Of a stretch of DNA of 64,000 nt, positions 51,823 to 63,819 are shown one piece after another. This DNA comes from Podarcis bocagei. Lineage: Eukaryota. The stretch lies in the NCBI GenBank assembly GCA_964188305.1, contig OZ076889.1; one strand, written 5' to 3'. Numbering within the stretch: position 1 is the first letter of the stretch; each line of letters opens with the position of its first letter. The notes beneath the pieces were generated by a model, which was not told where the DNA came from, searched no databases, and was given only the letters and a program-made list of their open reading frames with translations. A program made the translations under genes and the position numbers.

Positions 51823-54768
51823 GTATGGAATTGTTTGTTCTCATTAGCACTAGAAGATGTTTTTAATGTAACCATTTTTACATGTGCATCCTTGTTTCAC
51901 TGCTCTGGCATCTGTGCCCGCTTGGTGTGCCTCTGCTGAACTTTGACTTTATAAAAGTCCAGGGGCACTTGAGAAGGAATTAATTAAGGCATATATAGCG
52001 AACAGGCCTGTAGGAAAATTCTTCTTTGATAACCCCACGTATTGGTAGCACCACGAGTCCACTTGTTGAAGCCCATAAAAGAGAGGTGTTTACAGGGCAA
52101 ACATGCTAAAGAATCACAGGGTTCAGCCCTATCCTAAGACGTGCATTGTGCAATTGAATCGACTCAGTTCTAAATCAAGAGAAGTTTACCTTATTAAGAA
52201 AAATCAGTTTCCTATATGCCACACACAGTGTAGTAAACCTTGGCTGTTGGTCAGTAAGATTTCGACTTTTGCATGGCAGATGTTCTGACTGCAGAATTCT
52301 GCAAAAACACATGCAGGTTCAAATATTGTGGAAGTGGCATACTAAGTACTTAAACATACATTTTCATTGGCTTTCTGTCAAATAATGATTCTTTGGTTCC
52401 TGCATTTCCTGTAAATTCACAGGGAATCTAATGGCATTGTTAAAGGTCAGGAATGCATGCACTGCTGTACGTGATGCAGAAAAGAAAGCTAATTTGTGGA
52501 ACATTTAAATAATAAGTAATGTTCTGCCTTCTGCTGTCAGATTTCCAGAACAGCTATGCATTCCTTCCTTACTGGAAGCTTTGCAGTTGCTTCCCATGCT
52601 GATACAAAGACTTGTGCTCACCCAAGTAAGAAAGTACCTGAGTGCAAATCCAATTGTTGTTAGCAGGAACAGATTAACTTCAACAAATACATGTTCTTTA
52701 CTGCACAAAACCTTTTGTGTGTTGGTCTTCGAACAATGAGTATTTCTAGGTTACCCAACTTATTTATTCAGAATATTTATCAACTGCTTAATAAAAAAAA
52801 ACCCCAACTATAGCAGTGTACAACAAGATACAAATATGAAATCTTACACAGCAAAAAATACAAATAAAACAGATCTGGCAGAATTACACAGTGGCCAGCG
52901 ACATGCTAGAAACGTCTGGGGTAAATGGAAACGTTATAAGCAGAGGCTGAAAACACAGTTTGTGCATGTCTCATTACAGGAGGAAAGAGTATTCTCCTTT
53001 TTAAAATACGTTTTCTATAGAGTAGATGCTTCTTAAAGCAGAGGGAGCATACAGTTGTTCACTTGTTGCAAAGGATCCAGGCACATTACCTCCAGGCTTA
53101 TTTATTTATGAGATCATTTGTACCCTGCTTCATCCACCTAAAAGGAGCCTTCAAGAGCAGGTTAGCAATAGTGTTAAAATTAAAAAAGCAAATATTAAAG
53201 CGCAAGCATGAAACAACAGTGAATGAAAACACAGGTTCAGTCCCTGTACGGGACAGCTGCATATTGCTGCATTGCAGAGGGTTAGGCTAGATGATCCACA
53301 GGGGCCCTTCCAACTCCACAAATCGATGAAATCTCACCAAATCTAGCAGCAGAAAGACAAGTTAGTGCTTCTGTTGTGAAGATACTGAGATGTTGGTTGT
53401 GAAGATACTGGTATCCCAGGCACCCATTGGATAATGCCTGTGACATAACAGAACTGTCCTATGTCCCCACTCCATTTTATGTTAACACTTAGTTGGCTTT
53501 TTAAAGAATAATTTAAATAGCTTATGTAATAGTACAATTGCTGTATCACAACTGCAGAAGCACTTGTGTAGCTCTTTACAACAGGGCGCTAGCAAAGCTG
53601 CTTCTTTCCCACACTCTGTAAAACACTCCACCATTATTATTAGTTACCTCCACCTTTTCTTCACATTTCACACTGGAAGCTTGAAACTGTGTACTTCCTC
53701 TATCCTGCATCAGTCACATCCCTCTGAGATATGCTGTACCAACTCTCCTTTCCTCTTTTTCCCTGCCCTCTGCCTATTTACAGTACACATGGGAATAGTT
53801 TTGTGCTCCTAGAAGTGCACTGGCACAAATATGCGCTCTAGAGGAAAACTGTGTTGGGTTTAGATAGCCAAAGGTTATGCAAATTCATATTGGCTAAAAG
53901 CTGCTGGCATCTTTGAAGCTAGGAAGTTATCTCTGCCTACAAGGCATAACACCAGCCTGTGCTATACTGTCTTTTTCACACTTTATTTGCATTGCTTTGC
54001 CTGCTTGGAGCTTTGATGCAGTCACTTCGCCTTCACCAAAAGCTCTTTAAACGGAGCTATAAATTGTTGCATTTCTGAGGTCTACATCAGTTCTGAGTAC
54101 TACCTTGACACTGATTCTTCCTTATGCAAGCAATAACTTGTGTTCCCTCTGGGTTGTTTGTTTTTCCCCATCCCATTCCCAAATACTTGGTGAATAGATG
54201 GGGAAATGCTATCTTTAAAATGTCCTTTTAAGAGAAGCTGTAAGTATAATATCAAAATATTAAAACCTTTCCTTTATTATACTCCAGCCACTTAAAACAG
54301 TCTAAATAATATGCAGCAGAAGGATAGGATAAATATGGCATCTTTGTGCCTTCTTCCTAATAGCAAGTTCACCTGGCGTCTATACAAGAACATTAGTGGT
54401 TCTTGTTTTTATCCATAAACTGCCTTGAGTCCCGTCAGGGAAGAAGGCAGGGTATGAATAAACAAATAACTGTGTAATAAAGCCAATATTCCTATTCAGA
54501 GTTCTCCTTTGCCCCATCCCAGTGCTTCTAAAGTTCCCTCTAGGATCATCTCATCAAGATAGTATAAGGAAAAAAAAATTAAAAATTAAAAATAGTTTAA
54601 AATTTCACATCATAGATGCATAACTATTCAGTAAAAAATCCCTGACTAAACAAAAATCTACTACAAATGGCAACAGCCTTGAAATTAGCTTTAGATAGGA
54701 TGGCATTGGCCTGGTTTATGGTGCCAGCAGCCTCGTTTCCCTCCCTCTTCCTCTCCCCATCTCCATAG

Positions 54769-54804
54769 CGAAAAAGGAAGAAAAGAAAATGTGCTGCCTT
54801 TTGA
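54769..54804 (+). CDS. Candidate alternative exon encoding RKRKKRKCAAF* (polybasic CaaX C-terminus)
   Basis: ~30-nt pyrimidine tract + TAG acceptor (54766-54768); frame 0 matches the phase-0 donor at 51822; no transcript evidence available. Confidence 0.45.
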   Translation, partial: RKRKKRKCAAF

Positions 54805-54936
54805 TGTGTGGTGTCTGCATGACCAGTGCATGTGTGTGTGTGTTTGCGTGCGTGCATGCCTCCTTCCTTCAAATGTGAATTCTAGCAGCAAGTTTTTGTG
54901 TTTTTGTTTTTTTGTTTGTATCTTTTTGTTAATAAG

Positions 54937-55028
54937 GTTGACTGCCTTCAGCCAGTGGCAAAAGAGGAGCCCCCTCCATCAGCCACCAAATTCCAGTCCA
55001 TCGGGGTACAGGTAGAGGACGAGTGGCG
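54937..55028 (+). CDS. DLGAP4: DLGAP4 coding exon (VDCLQPVAKEEPPPSATKFQSIGVQVEDEWR)
   Basis: AAG acceptor after a T-rich tract, donor CG|GTAAGT; 92 nt, phase 0 to 2; carries the SIGVQV dynein-light-chain-type motif. Confidence 0.93.
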
Positions 55029-55494
55029 GTAAGTGGAAGACGCAGGCTTTTTTGAAAAAAAACCTCGTCCAGCTGCAGTTTCCCATTTTATAGTTTAGTT
55101 CCCTCTTTCTTTTTTCCTGCCTCAAATCACTGAGCATTGATGGGTTTCAGAACCTCTCTCAGTAGTAGCATGTTGGCTTAGTAATGTAGGTGAATCATTG
55201 GAAACCTGGAATAAAAAAATAAAATAAAAATAGAACTGGAAATGTAATTATAGATGTGTGCCAGTCTTTTTGTTTGGATGGCCTATTGCAGTGAGCAGGC
55301 AACCTTATAATTTTGTCTGTCTGCATGTGTGCGTGTGTGTCTGTGTGCAGAGAGGAACGGGGCAAGGAAACGCAGTTCAGCTGCAGGTGCCCCGAACAGA
55401 TGCAGATCGTTGTGTCTGTGTGCTAAGTAACGAATCGGCCCTCCCCAAGGGCTCCTTCCTCTGATTCTCTCTCTTTCCCTCCTTCTCTTTGTAG

Positions 55495-55904
55495 CAACAG
55501 CCACTCTCACAGCATGTCAGCCAAGCAGGATACAGATTCTGATTCACAAGAACCGAACAACTCTACCTGTAAATCACCTGAGAGAAGCCTTGCTGATTGT
55601 CCCCCATGCAACAACTCCAACAGCCTTGATGCCAGTACGAGGCAAACAGCCATGCCCTCCCAGATCAAGAGAAACCTCTCCTATGGAGATAGCAATGACC
55701 CAGCCCTAGAGCCTTCCTCTCTTCCTCCTCCGGACCCCTGGCTTGAAACATCCACCAACACTCCATCAGAACCTACACAGCCGGGAGCTTGCCGAAGGGA
55801 CGGGTATTGGTTTCAGAAGCTGCTGCAGGCGGAGACTGAAAGGTTAGAAGGATGGTGTCGTCAGATGGACCAAGAGACCAAAGAGAATAATCTCTCTGAA
55901 GAAG
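55495..55904 (+). CDS. DLGAP4: DLGAP4 coding exon (NSHSHSMSAKQDTDS...ACRRDGYWFQKLLQAETERLEGWC...NNLSEE), start of GKAP homology domain
   Basis: Pyrimidine tract + TAG acceptor, donor G|GTTGGT; 410 nt, phase 2 to 1. Confidence 0.95.
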
Positions 55905-56929
55905 GTTGGTATGGATAATAAACTGACTCTGGTGGTAAAGGAGATTTCAGTCTGAAATGGTGAAATCTTTTCCTGGCACAGTGTTCATGAATGAGTGAGG
56001 CTGGGCCCAAATAGCAACTTACTGAAAGGAACACTTCGTATTTTTTTACTGGGGATCTTGTAGAGAAAGGAAGTGGAGAGCCTTGTTCAAATTCTTTTTT
56101 TCTTCAATATTGTAGGGGCAGTAGCAACAATCCGTAGTTTCTTCAGATGTGTTTTCCACTTCATTGTTTTCAGTGCTACTATGGAGAGAATCTGCTATCT
56201 AATTTTCCTTGAGATCACGTTTAGCTATGTCCCTCCATTCCCTAGTCTGAGGAAATTAAAGTGTAAATGGAGCCTGAATGAGAGTGCTCTCTTGAGACCT
56301 TTAAATGTGGCTGCAGAGTGGGTAGACAGAGGACTTCAGCGTCATTTTTTTTGGAACACATCAGGGATGTATTCAAAAACTCCACGTTTTTATGTGTGAC
56401 TTAAAAAAAACAACTAAAACACTGCACCTGGTAAAACTGAAATGAAGTCAGTGTTGGGTGGAGATAGGCTAGCAAATAGAAAGCTGTTGCTCACAAATCT
56501 GTGATGAGGGTAAATTGCGCTCAGAGATCTTGGGCTCTTTGATGGCGTTGTGTCCTCAAATGCTATGGAGGGGCCTTTGGGAGAATATTAAATAAGGCTT
56601 CTCGCTATCCCTGCTAGACTTCACTAGCACTGTATTACAAACAAAGAAACTGGCAGCAGTATGGCTGTCTGCCATTCCCGATGGTGGCTGCTGTACAGGG
56701 TATTGCTGTTGGCAGTAGAACAAGGGCTAACAAAACATGCCCTCACAAAGGAGCCATGAGTCATTTCTAATGGCTTGTCATTAATGGCTCCGAATGAAAA
56801 ACACTTTGGTTACTGAAGGGAAAGGAAGATAAATCTGAAGGACAAAAGGAGCCACTCTCACCTCAAATATCCTTATATGTTCTGTTTTTCAAAGCACTTC
56901 ATCTTCTAAAATATACCTTTCTAATTCAG

Positions 56930-57021
56930 TCTTAGGCAAAGTCCTCAGTGCAGTGGGCAGTGCACAATTACTAATGTCACAGAAGTTCCAGCAATTCCGT
57001 GGCCTCTGTGACCAAAACTTG
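56930..57021 (+). CDS. DLGAP4: DLGAP4 coding exon (VLGKVLSAVGSAQLLMSQKFQQFRGLCDQNL)
   Basis: CAG acceptor, donor TTG|GTGAGT; 92 nt, phase 1 to 0; conserved GKAP domain motif. Confidence 0.96.
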
Positions 57022-57647
57022 GTGAGTGTGGAAATCTCTCTAATTGCTATGAACTGTGTCTAAGCGGGAGGAGTATTTGGTCACTTATTAGGCTTTTGCC
57101 TAGGAAGTAAAAAATGTGGCAATGTGCCTACAGTTCTCTTCTGCCAAGTACCTCAGTGCAGTTTTTTAACTCAGCCATGTTCCCATCCCAGAGAGACCCC
57201 TGGATGAGTTGTCTCTTCCCCGGTACCAATCTACATACAACCATAGTGTTAAATGGGGTTTTTTTTAAAAAAAAACTTAAAAACATATGGTAATGTAGAT
57301 CAAAGAGGATATGTGAGGACATTGCTGTGATTGAGGCAACCACAGATTTGAGCAAGTAAACCAGGAGAAACAAAATATATTAAATTGTACTTGAAAAGTA
57401 TACGGATCTGCAGCAGGCAATTAAGAGTTTCCAATGTTGCAGTGCAGCGGAGGGGCGGGGGGAAAGAGAAGATAAGTTTCCGGCTTTAGTGCTATGTTGA
57501 ATGCAGCCAGGAGATTCAGAAGTTTCCACGTGAAACTTAAAAACAACATTCAAGTCTCATTTTCAACATTAACTCTGAATTGCTGTGTAAGTGTGCAGTA
57601 GAAGTTGCAATGCTGTGGTTTTTCATTCACATTCTCTTTTCTGTCAG

Positions 57648-57800
57648 AACCCCAATTCAAATCCCAGGCCCACAGCACAAGACCTTGCTGGTTTTTGGGA
57701 TCTCTTACAATTGTCCATCGAAGACATCAGCATGAAATTTGATGAGCTGTACCACCTAAAGGCTAATGGCTGGCAGTTAACGGAGCCACCGGAGAAGAAG
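57648..57800 (+). CDS. DLGAP4: DLGAP4 coding exon (NPNSNPRPTAQDLAGFWDLLQLSIEDISMKFDELYHLKANGWQ...EKK)
   Basis: CAG acceptor, donor AAG|GTGAGC; 153 nt, phase 0 to 0; DLAGFWD signature. Confidence 0.97.
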
Positions 57801-58694
57801 GTGAGCATGGAGCATTATAAAGAAACGGTGCTTAGCAGCACAAGTTCAGGTGGAGCATTTGAAAAGAAAAGAAAAGAAAAGTGGCTTGGCAATGTAATGT
57901 CTCTGGTCTGTGCTAGGTAGCTTAACTTACAGCATAATCCTAAGAGGTTTCTTGGAAGTTAAACCTGCTGCTGTAACCAATGGGATTTGCTTCCAGTAAA
58001 TGTGCCTGATCAGTTTTTGTTTTATTTATTGTTTTATTTTCAAAATTCACACACACACATTGCACATGCTTCCAAGGCAGTTTACAAAAAGGAGACCAAA
58101 TACAAAATATAATAATGTTGCATATACTGGGGTCCTCAGGCATCTTGCAAAATTTAGAGGTGGTTGTAGAAAGTTCTGATATATTCCCTGTTTGCTGTTA
58201 AAAACACGGACTGCAGGAGTCTGTGATTTCCCCTGACAAGGGGGAAAAATAGTAGAAAGTGTTTAGACTATTCTGAAATAGTCTAAGAAAATTGGTGTAA
58301 AAATGCTAGATTAAAAGTCAGATCCTCCTGTCCAAATCTCCCCATGTTTCCCATCTCATTTCTGATCTGTGCTCCTATAGGGTGCACAAGGCATAATTGT
58401 AGCACTAGTGAATGTTATAAATTGATGCTGCTTTACTGCAAATAGTCTATTTAAGCCCCAATTGTATTTTCTCACAGTTGTGAGTCAAGGGAACCTTACT
58501 TTGTGAATTCTAGTGGTTCTAATACTAATACTGAATGTGTTCACATTACTTACCAGCATTTTTTTAAAAAAAAACCCGAAGCCTATGTGCTGAATTCTTG
58601 GCGCAGAACTTTGATTGCAGATAAAACTGTTGAGGAAGAGAACAGATCTGCCTGCAGTTCCTTTTAACATTTTGCTGTTCTTTTTTCCCTGAAG

Positions 58695-58913
58695 GAAGAG
58701 AAGAAACCGCCCCCTCCTGTGCCAAAGAAGCCAGCCAAACCTAAATCCCAGCTGAACCGGGACAAGGCCTCTGACTCGGTGGATAAACAGCGCCAGGAAG
58801 CCCGCAAGCGCCTCATGGCAGCCAAGCGCGCTGCCTCAGTCCGGCAGAACTCTGCCACCGAGAGCGCGGACAGCATTGAAATCTACGTTCCCGAGGCACA
58901 GACCCGTCTTTGA
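58695..58913 (+). CDS. DLGAP4: DLGAP4 last coding exon (EEKKPPPPVPKKP...SATESADSIEIYVPEAQTRL*)
   Basis: AAG acceptor after a pyrimidine tract; 219 nt including TGA; C-terminal QTRL Shank-PDZ ligand typical of SAPAPs. Confidence 0.96.
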   Translation, partial: EEKKPPPPVPKKPAKPKSQLNRDKASDSVDKQRQEARKRLMAAKRAASVRQNSATESADSIEIYVPEAQTRL

Positions 58914-60905
58914 GCAAGGGGAAGAGGAAGAAAACACACTCTTTTTCATGCCATTAAAAAGGAAAAATAAGGTTCACTAAATTTAGTGCGATTTATTTGG
59001 TCTAGAGACACAGAGCCAATCGTACAAAGGGCTCCCAATTTGGCTATCTCTCTGTCTGTCTCTCTCTCCTTCTTTTTTTCCCCTCTCCAGCTTTAAGTAA
59101 TGAAAATTTTGAAGGAGAATCCCTTCCTGGTTCTGTGGTTTGGGTTTTTCTCTCTCCCACCCTGTTTCACACTGGCTGTGGTGTGGTGGAACAGACTCTT
59201 GGAAACACAGCCCTTCAGACTTGGAACTGCAACCTTTTTACTTGTTCTATCTAAGGAGAATTATTAGCTTGTTTACATGAAATGGACAAAAATTGAAACA
59301 AAGCCTTGGGCACTTGCCATGCTGCGCTTTTTTCTCCTCACTGTATTCTTTCTGTCTTCCCCTCCACAAAGTCTTTCTTTTCCCCCTCTCTGCTCTCGTT
59401 CTACTCCTGCTCCTAGTTTTTCTCCTGTTCTGTAGTTCTTAGCTCCCCTTTCTTTGTCATCCTTTTTCTGCATGGTGTCGTTTACTGTGTTAGAAGTAAA
59501 ATCTTCCACAGAGCTCCAGAAGAAAACACCCTGTTCAGTGTGTGCTCTTGTTGCACTCTGCTAGCGAGCAGCTTTTTGATTTTATTATGTATTGTTTTCC
59601 CTTAGAGGTGGGTTGGGAGTAGGTGGCCCGGGGTGGGGTGGGTGGCAGTGGGGCTTTGGTTTAATTATGTAAAGCGAGGGTGAGATCTGTGGGATGTAAA
59701 TGGAGTGGGATGTTAACACAGCCTGGAAGCAAAACAAGTGCAATAAGATAGTTGTTGTGGCCTGTGCACACTCCCTTGAATGGTGCTGCAACAGAAAGAT
59801 TTCCCGCACAGGGTGCTCAGTCAGATATACAGCATAGATTCATAGGTTCCCCCCCACACTCTTCTGTTCTCTTTCCTACAATATTACCCTCCCTGCAATT
59901 TTATGTGTGTTTTTTTGTGTGTGCAAAGATCTGTGTATAAGAAAGCAGCTGCTACACAAGGGGAGGGACTTGTATCAAAGGGGTGTGTAATATTCTCCAG
60001 TGGAGGACAATGGCTTTTGTACAGAAAATCAAAGAGGAGGTAGCTGATGGAGACTTGGCAGTTTGCCTGCCCACCTGTATGTATGTGTACATATGCACAT
60101 ATACACTTAGTAGGATCTGTATATTTAACTCGTACACACACACACACGCACACATGCGTACCCATTCACACATGCACGCATTCAGAGGGTGTCTTTAAAA
60201 AGCACCTCGGTGAGGGTGGGTGTATGTATAGCATATATTTTTACATGTACTATAGCTAGATGTGTGTAAAAGTGTGTGCAAAAATATATACCCTGCATAT
60301 TTTCAGGTTCCTCTTGCCCATCCCACCCCTCTGTATCCTAACTTATTTGGGGATGCTGTCATCAACCTTTAGTTTGACCCTCCTCTCTTTCTCCTCTCCC
60401 ATTTTGGCCTCATTTTGTGGAGCCAGGAGTCAAATAGCCAATTCCAACTTTCTCCTCTGCCCAACACCTTGTGCCCCCTCCTCCCCCCCCCCACCAAAAA
60501 AAGTGTGCATTTGTCTGAAAGCTGTGCACTACCATTGTGGAAGATGATAGAAGTTGTTCAGGTGGTCAAAACTCCAAAGGAATTTTATTCTGGTGCATTA
60601 GTAATTTAAGGGGGTGATGATAAAACGCTACAACTTAAATCATGTCAGTGAATGCTGTGTACAGTGTCTATGCATAGAGAGTGTTACAGATTTCTCCAGC
60701 TGCCCACATAATGTGCATTTTTGTAACCTGTGGAAGCTTGGCCATATAGACCGTGGCTTCAAATCAAGCTTGATTTATTCCCCTCTTTTCCCTTCCCCTA
60801 CCTCAAATGTCTTTATAACAATGGTAGACAGTCCTTGACTGACTTTTGAAACAAATGGCTGACTTTCACAGTTCTTCGTATTAAAATTTGAAATGTGTGG
60901 AATGC
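58914..60905 (+). other. DLGAP4: DLGAP4 3'UTR to a probable proximal poly(A) site
   Basis: Follows the stop codon, TE-free, U/GU-rich; ATTAAA at 60880-60885 with U-rich sequence downstream. The end point is inferred. Confidence 0.55.
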
Positions 60906-62892
60906 TACTTGTTTTACTCACGTTTCCAAAGGCAGCAATCTCGGGAATTAGGCAGGTAATTGCTTGATGGACTCAGTTGCTGGTGAGTGTCTTTTAGCTC
61001 GGAGATTCCCGCTTGAAGTCAATGGGATTAAACGTTAAATCTACGTACATCCACCTTAATTGGTTTTTATGGACGGCAGCCTAAGCGACCTTTCACTTCC
61101 CCTGCCTCAGCGCTGCTGCTTCTAATTATGTAGCAGCAAACAAATGTTTCCCCCCACATGTATACATAGAAGAGAACACGACTGATTCCCTGTTCTCTGG
61201 CATGTCTACCCACACAACCCATGTATTTACCACATTTGTCCTTTTTATATCTTAGGTGTATTCAAAAAGTGTTTTATGTGTACACCTAAAAAAGGTGTGT
61301 GAAGTGGCTTCAGTCTGTCGCAATAAGAATAGAAGTGGTACTGGATTCAAAAGACACTGTGATGGAAGCTTGAGTCATGAACAGAGATCTCTCCGGAGGT
61401 CTTCAGCTTTGCTAACCATAGGTAGGAAATAGGTGTGGGCTTTCATCTAGTTGGTGGGGTGAGATCAAAGCAAAAGCAGTTGGCTGGTTTTACAAGTGAC
61501 TGGATTTCAATAAACCTTCACCTCATTTTATAGCTCTGAGCATTCTTTCTTCTGTGGTTTTTTTTTTTAAGTAGTGTAATTAGTAGTCACTGCTTCTTGA
61601 GCTGCAAGACAGCACCGAAAGATGGATATCACTTGCATGAAATGACATAGAAGCATAAAAATTATTGCAGTGGCTGGATCAGTGTAACTGTCAATTGTCC
61701 TTTGCTTTGATAGACCTCCCACCTCTGCAGGAGACTTCTTCACCCAGTCTGAGGAAAGTGCTTTATGTACAAATTAGTTTTACCTAATAGAGTGACAAGG
61801 TAGCAAATGACCTACGTTTGGTAGTTCATTAATACTACCCTCTTCGTGACAGAAACCTTTGCATCCAGGGATAAAACAATTGTCTTTCCAGACACCCAGA
61901 TCTCTACAGTATCTGCAGGGGACAGAAAGCAGGGGGCCCAGTAGGTGGGAGAGGGAGAAAAACAGCAACCTTGCTTCTGGAACACAAACTTCCAAACCTG
62001 TTAAATTTTATTTGTGCCTCTGTGCGCCATGAAAGTTAGCAGCTTGGTTAAATGGAGCTTTTAAGACTACTGCATAGGTGTGATGAAGATGCAGCCAGTG
62101 CCTGCCCTCAATCAGGTGAGGCCTGTTAAGTAGATTGCAAAATTCATTTGATTCAGCTTTCCTTATATTGGTCCAGTCTTCTCTTCCCGCACCATGCAAA
62201 GAAAGGAACAGGTTTGGTCCCAGTAACAAGGCTAGGAAGATGGTTGTGACATACTCATCCCTTGTAGCAATAGTTCTGGACAAAGATTATGGGTCAGTGG
62301 GGAGTTTTCCCCTCAAGAAACAACCCAAAAAGAACCATCACTGAGATGCCCGTTTGGTGAAACTGCTCCAAAAATGCTTTTATAGTTCTGATTATCTAAT
62401 AATTCTGAGGATGTAAAAACCAATGTCCATAGTGCTTTGATCGATAACATGATTTTGTTTTTCCAAATATGAAAGCAAAAAAGGTGACCCTCCCCCCACC
62501 CCAAAGTGATTTCACCTGCTTCCCTTAGTTTTATAGCTGGTGGGAGGAGCAGGAGGAAAGAATTGCCTAGCCCCATAGTGGTTAACTTTGTGGCAATATT
62601 TTTTTAAAGAAAATGAAACAAAAAACCTTGTATCTAGACCCAGCGGCCCAACGTCTTGTAATGGGAACCTTGCTGCCATTGTAAACGACAGTAAAACAAA
62701 GAAAGGTGCCTCTTTTGTGCCCTTACGCCTCAGTTTGTGATCTTTACTCTCTGAACTCCATTCTAGAGCAGGCAACCAGATACAACAAGTAAAGTGGGGG
62801 TGGGGAAATCATGTTTCTAAAACCAAGGGTTTTAGTTAGATTAGGGAATGTTTTTTGTCACCCATGAGGGCATGACCAAATCAATCATTAAT

Positions 62893-62909
62893 AATAAAAT
62901 TAAAATAAA
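62893..62909 (+). terminator. Candidate distal polyadenylation signals (2x AATAAA)
   Basis: AATAAA at 62893-62898 and 62904-62909, GU/U-rich tract ~62973-63000. Confidence 0.35.
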
Positions 62910-63819
62910 AATAACCTTGGTCAGAGCATTTTATAAACTCATGTTTATTGACTTGCATGGTACTCTAACACAGTTGGGTGTTCTTTTTCTCCTTTTTTTC
63001 CTATGGATATTGTAATACCAGAGTGTAAACTCAATTTGGTTCTGCATATTACCCACTTGAAACACAGGAAGCCAGGTAAGAAGTGCTGCTGCCGTCTTCT
63101 CAAATGTAATTATATCTTTTCCCCTACTCTGACTTTGAGATCATTTTACTGGCTGAATGTAGCATTTCCAACTGTCTCAGAACACTCTCAGAAGAGCTGC
63201 TTAGTTCACAAAGGATGGCGACTTAGCTTGTTGCTCTTCTTCAAAGAGCGGTGATCTTTAAGATCAAATGTAAGAGGAATAGAAAGTAATGGGAGACCCT
63301 GAGTGATAGTCCTGAGATTGCAGAGCAGAATTATGTTTTGATTTCTGCAAAAGTTCATATTGGCCACCTACAATTAACTATTGTCTGATGTGTGGAATGA
63401 GGATGCTCAGATTAATTTTTGATGCAGGCTTTTTCCAGCATGCTTCTGGAATAAGAGTTGCCAACCCTTACCAGCCCATGGGCTTCTTTAGAGTGTTAGG
63501 AATCATCTCCGGTTTCTTCTCTCCCCCTTTCCCCGAATCACCCTTCCCTCTCCCCAAAGGACGGGGAGAACACACACACATACAGATGCTTTGTTTTTAC
63601 CAAGGAGTTAAGATGCAGTACAGCGAAAATAGATCCTCCTGAATGTGTATGATTTTGCATAGATTTCCCCCACCCTGGAAAAAAAAACCATCCAAGTTTG
63701 TCTTTGAGAGAACCTAGGATTATTTTAATCATCATTTTTGCAGACATGATTTGGGATCTTTTATCAATCTTCTGCCTAATACAGAACAAATGTCTCCCAA
63801 CACTTTGGTTTTCTGAAGT

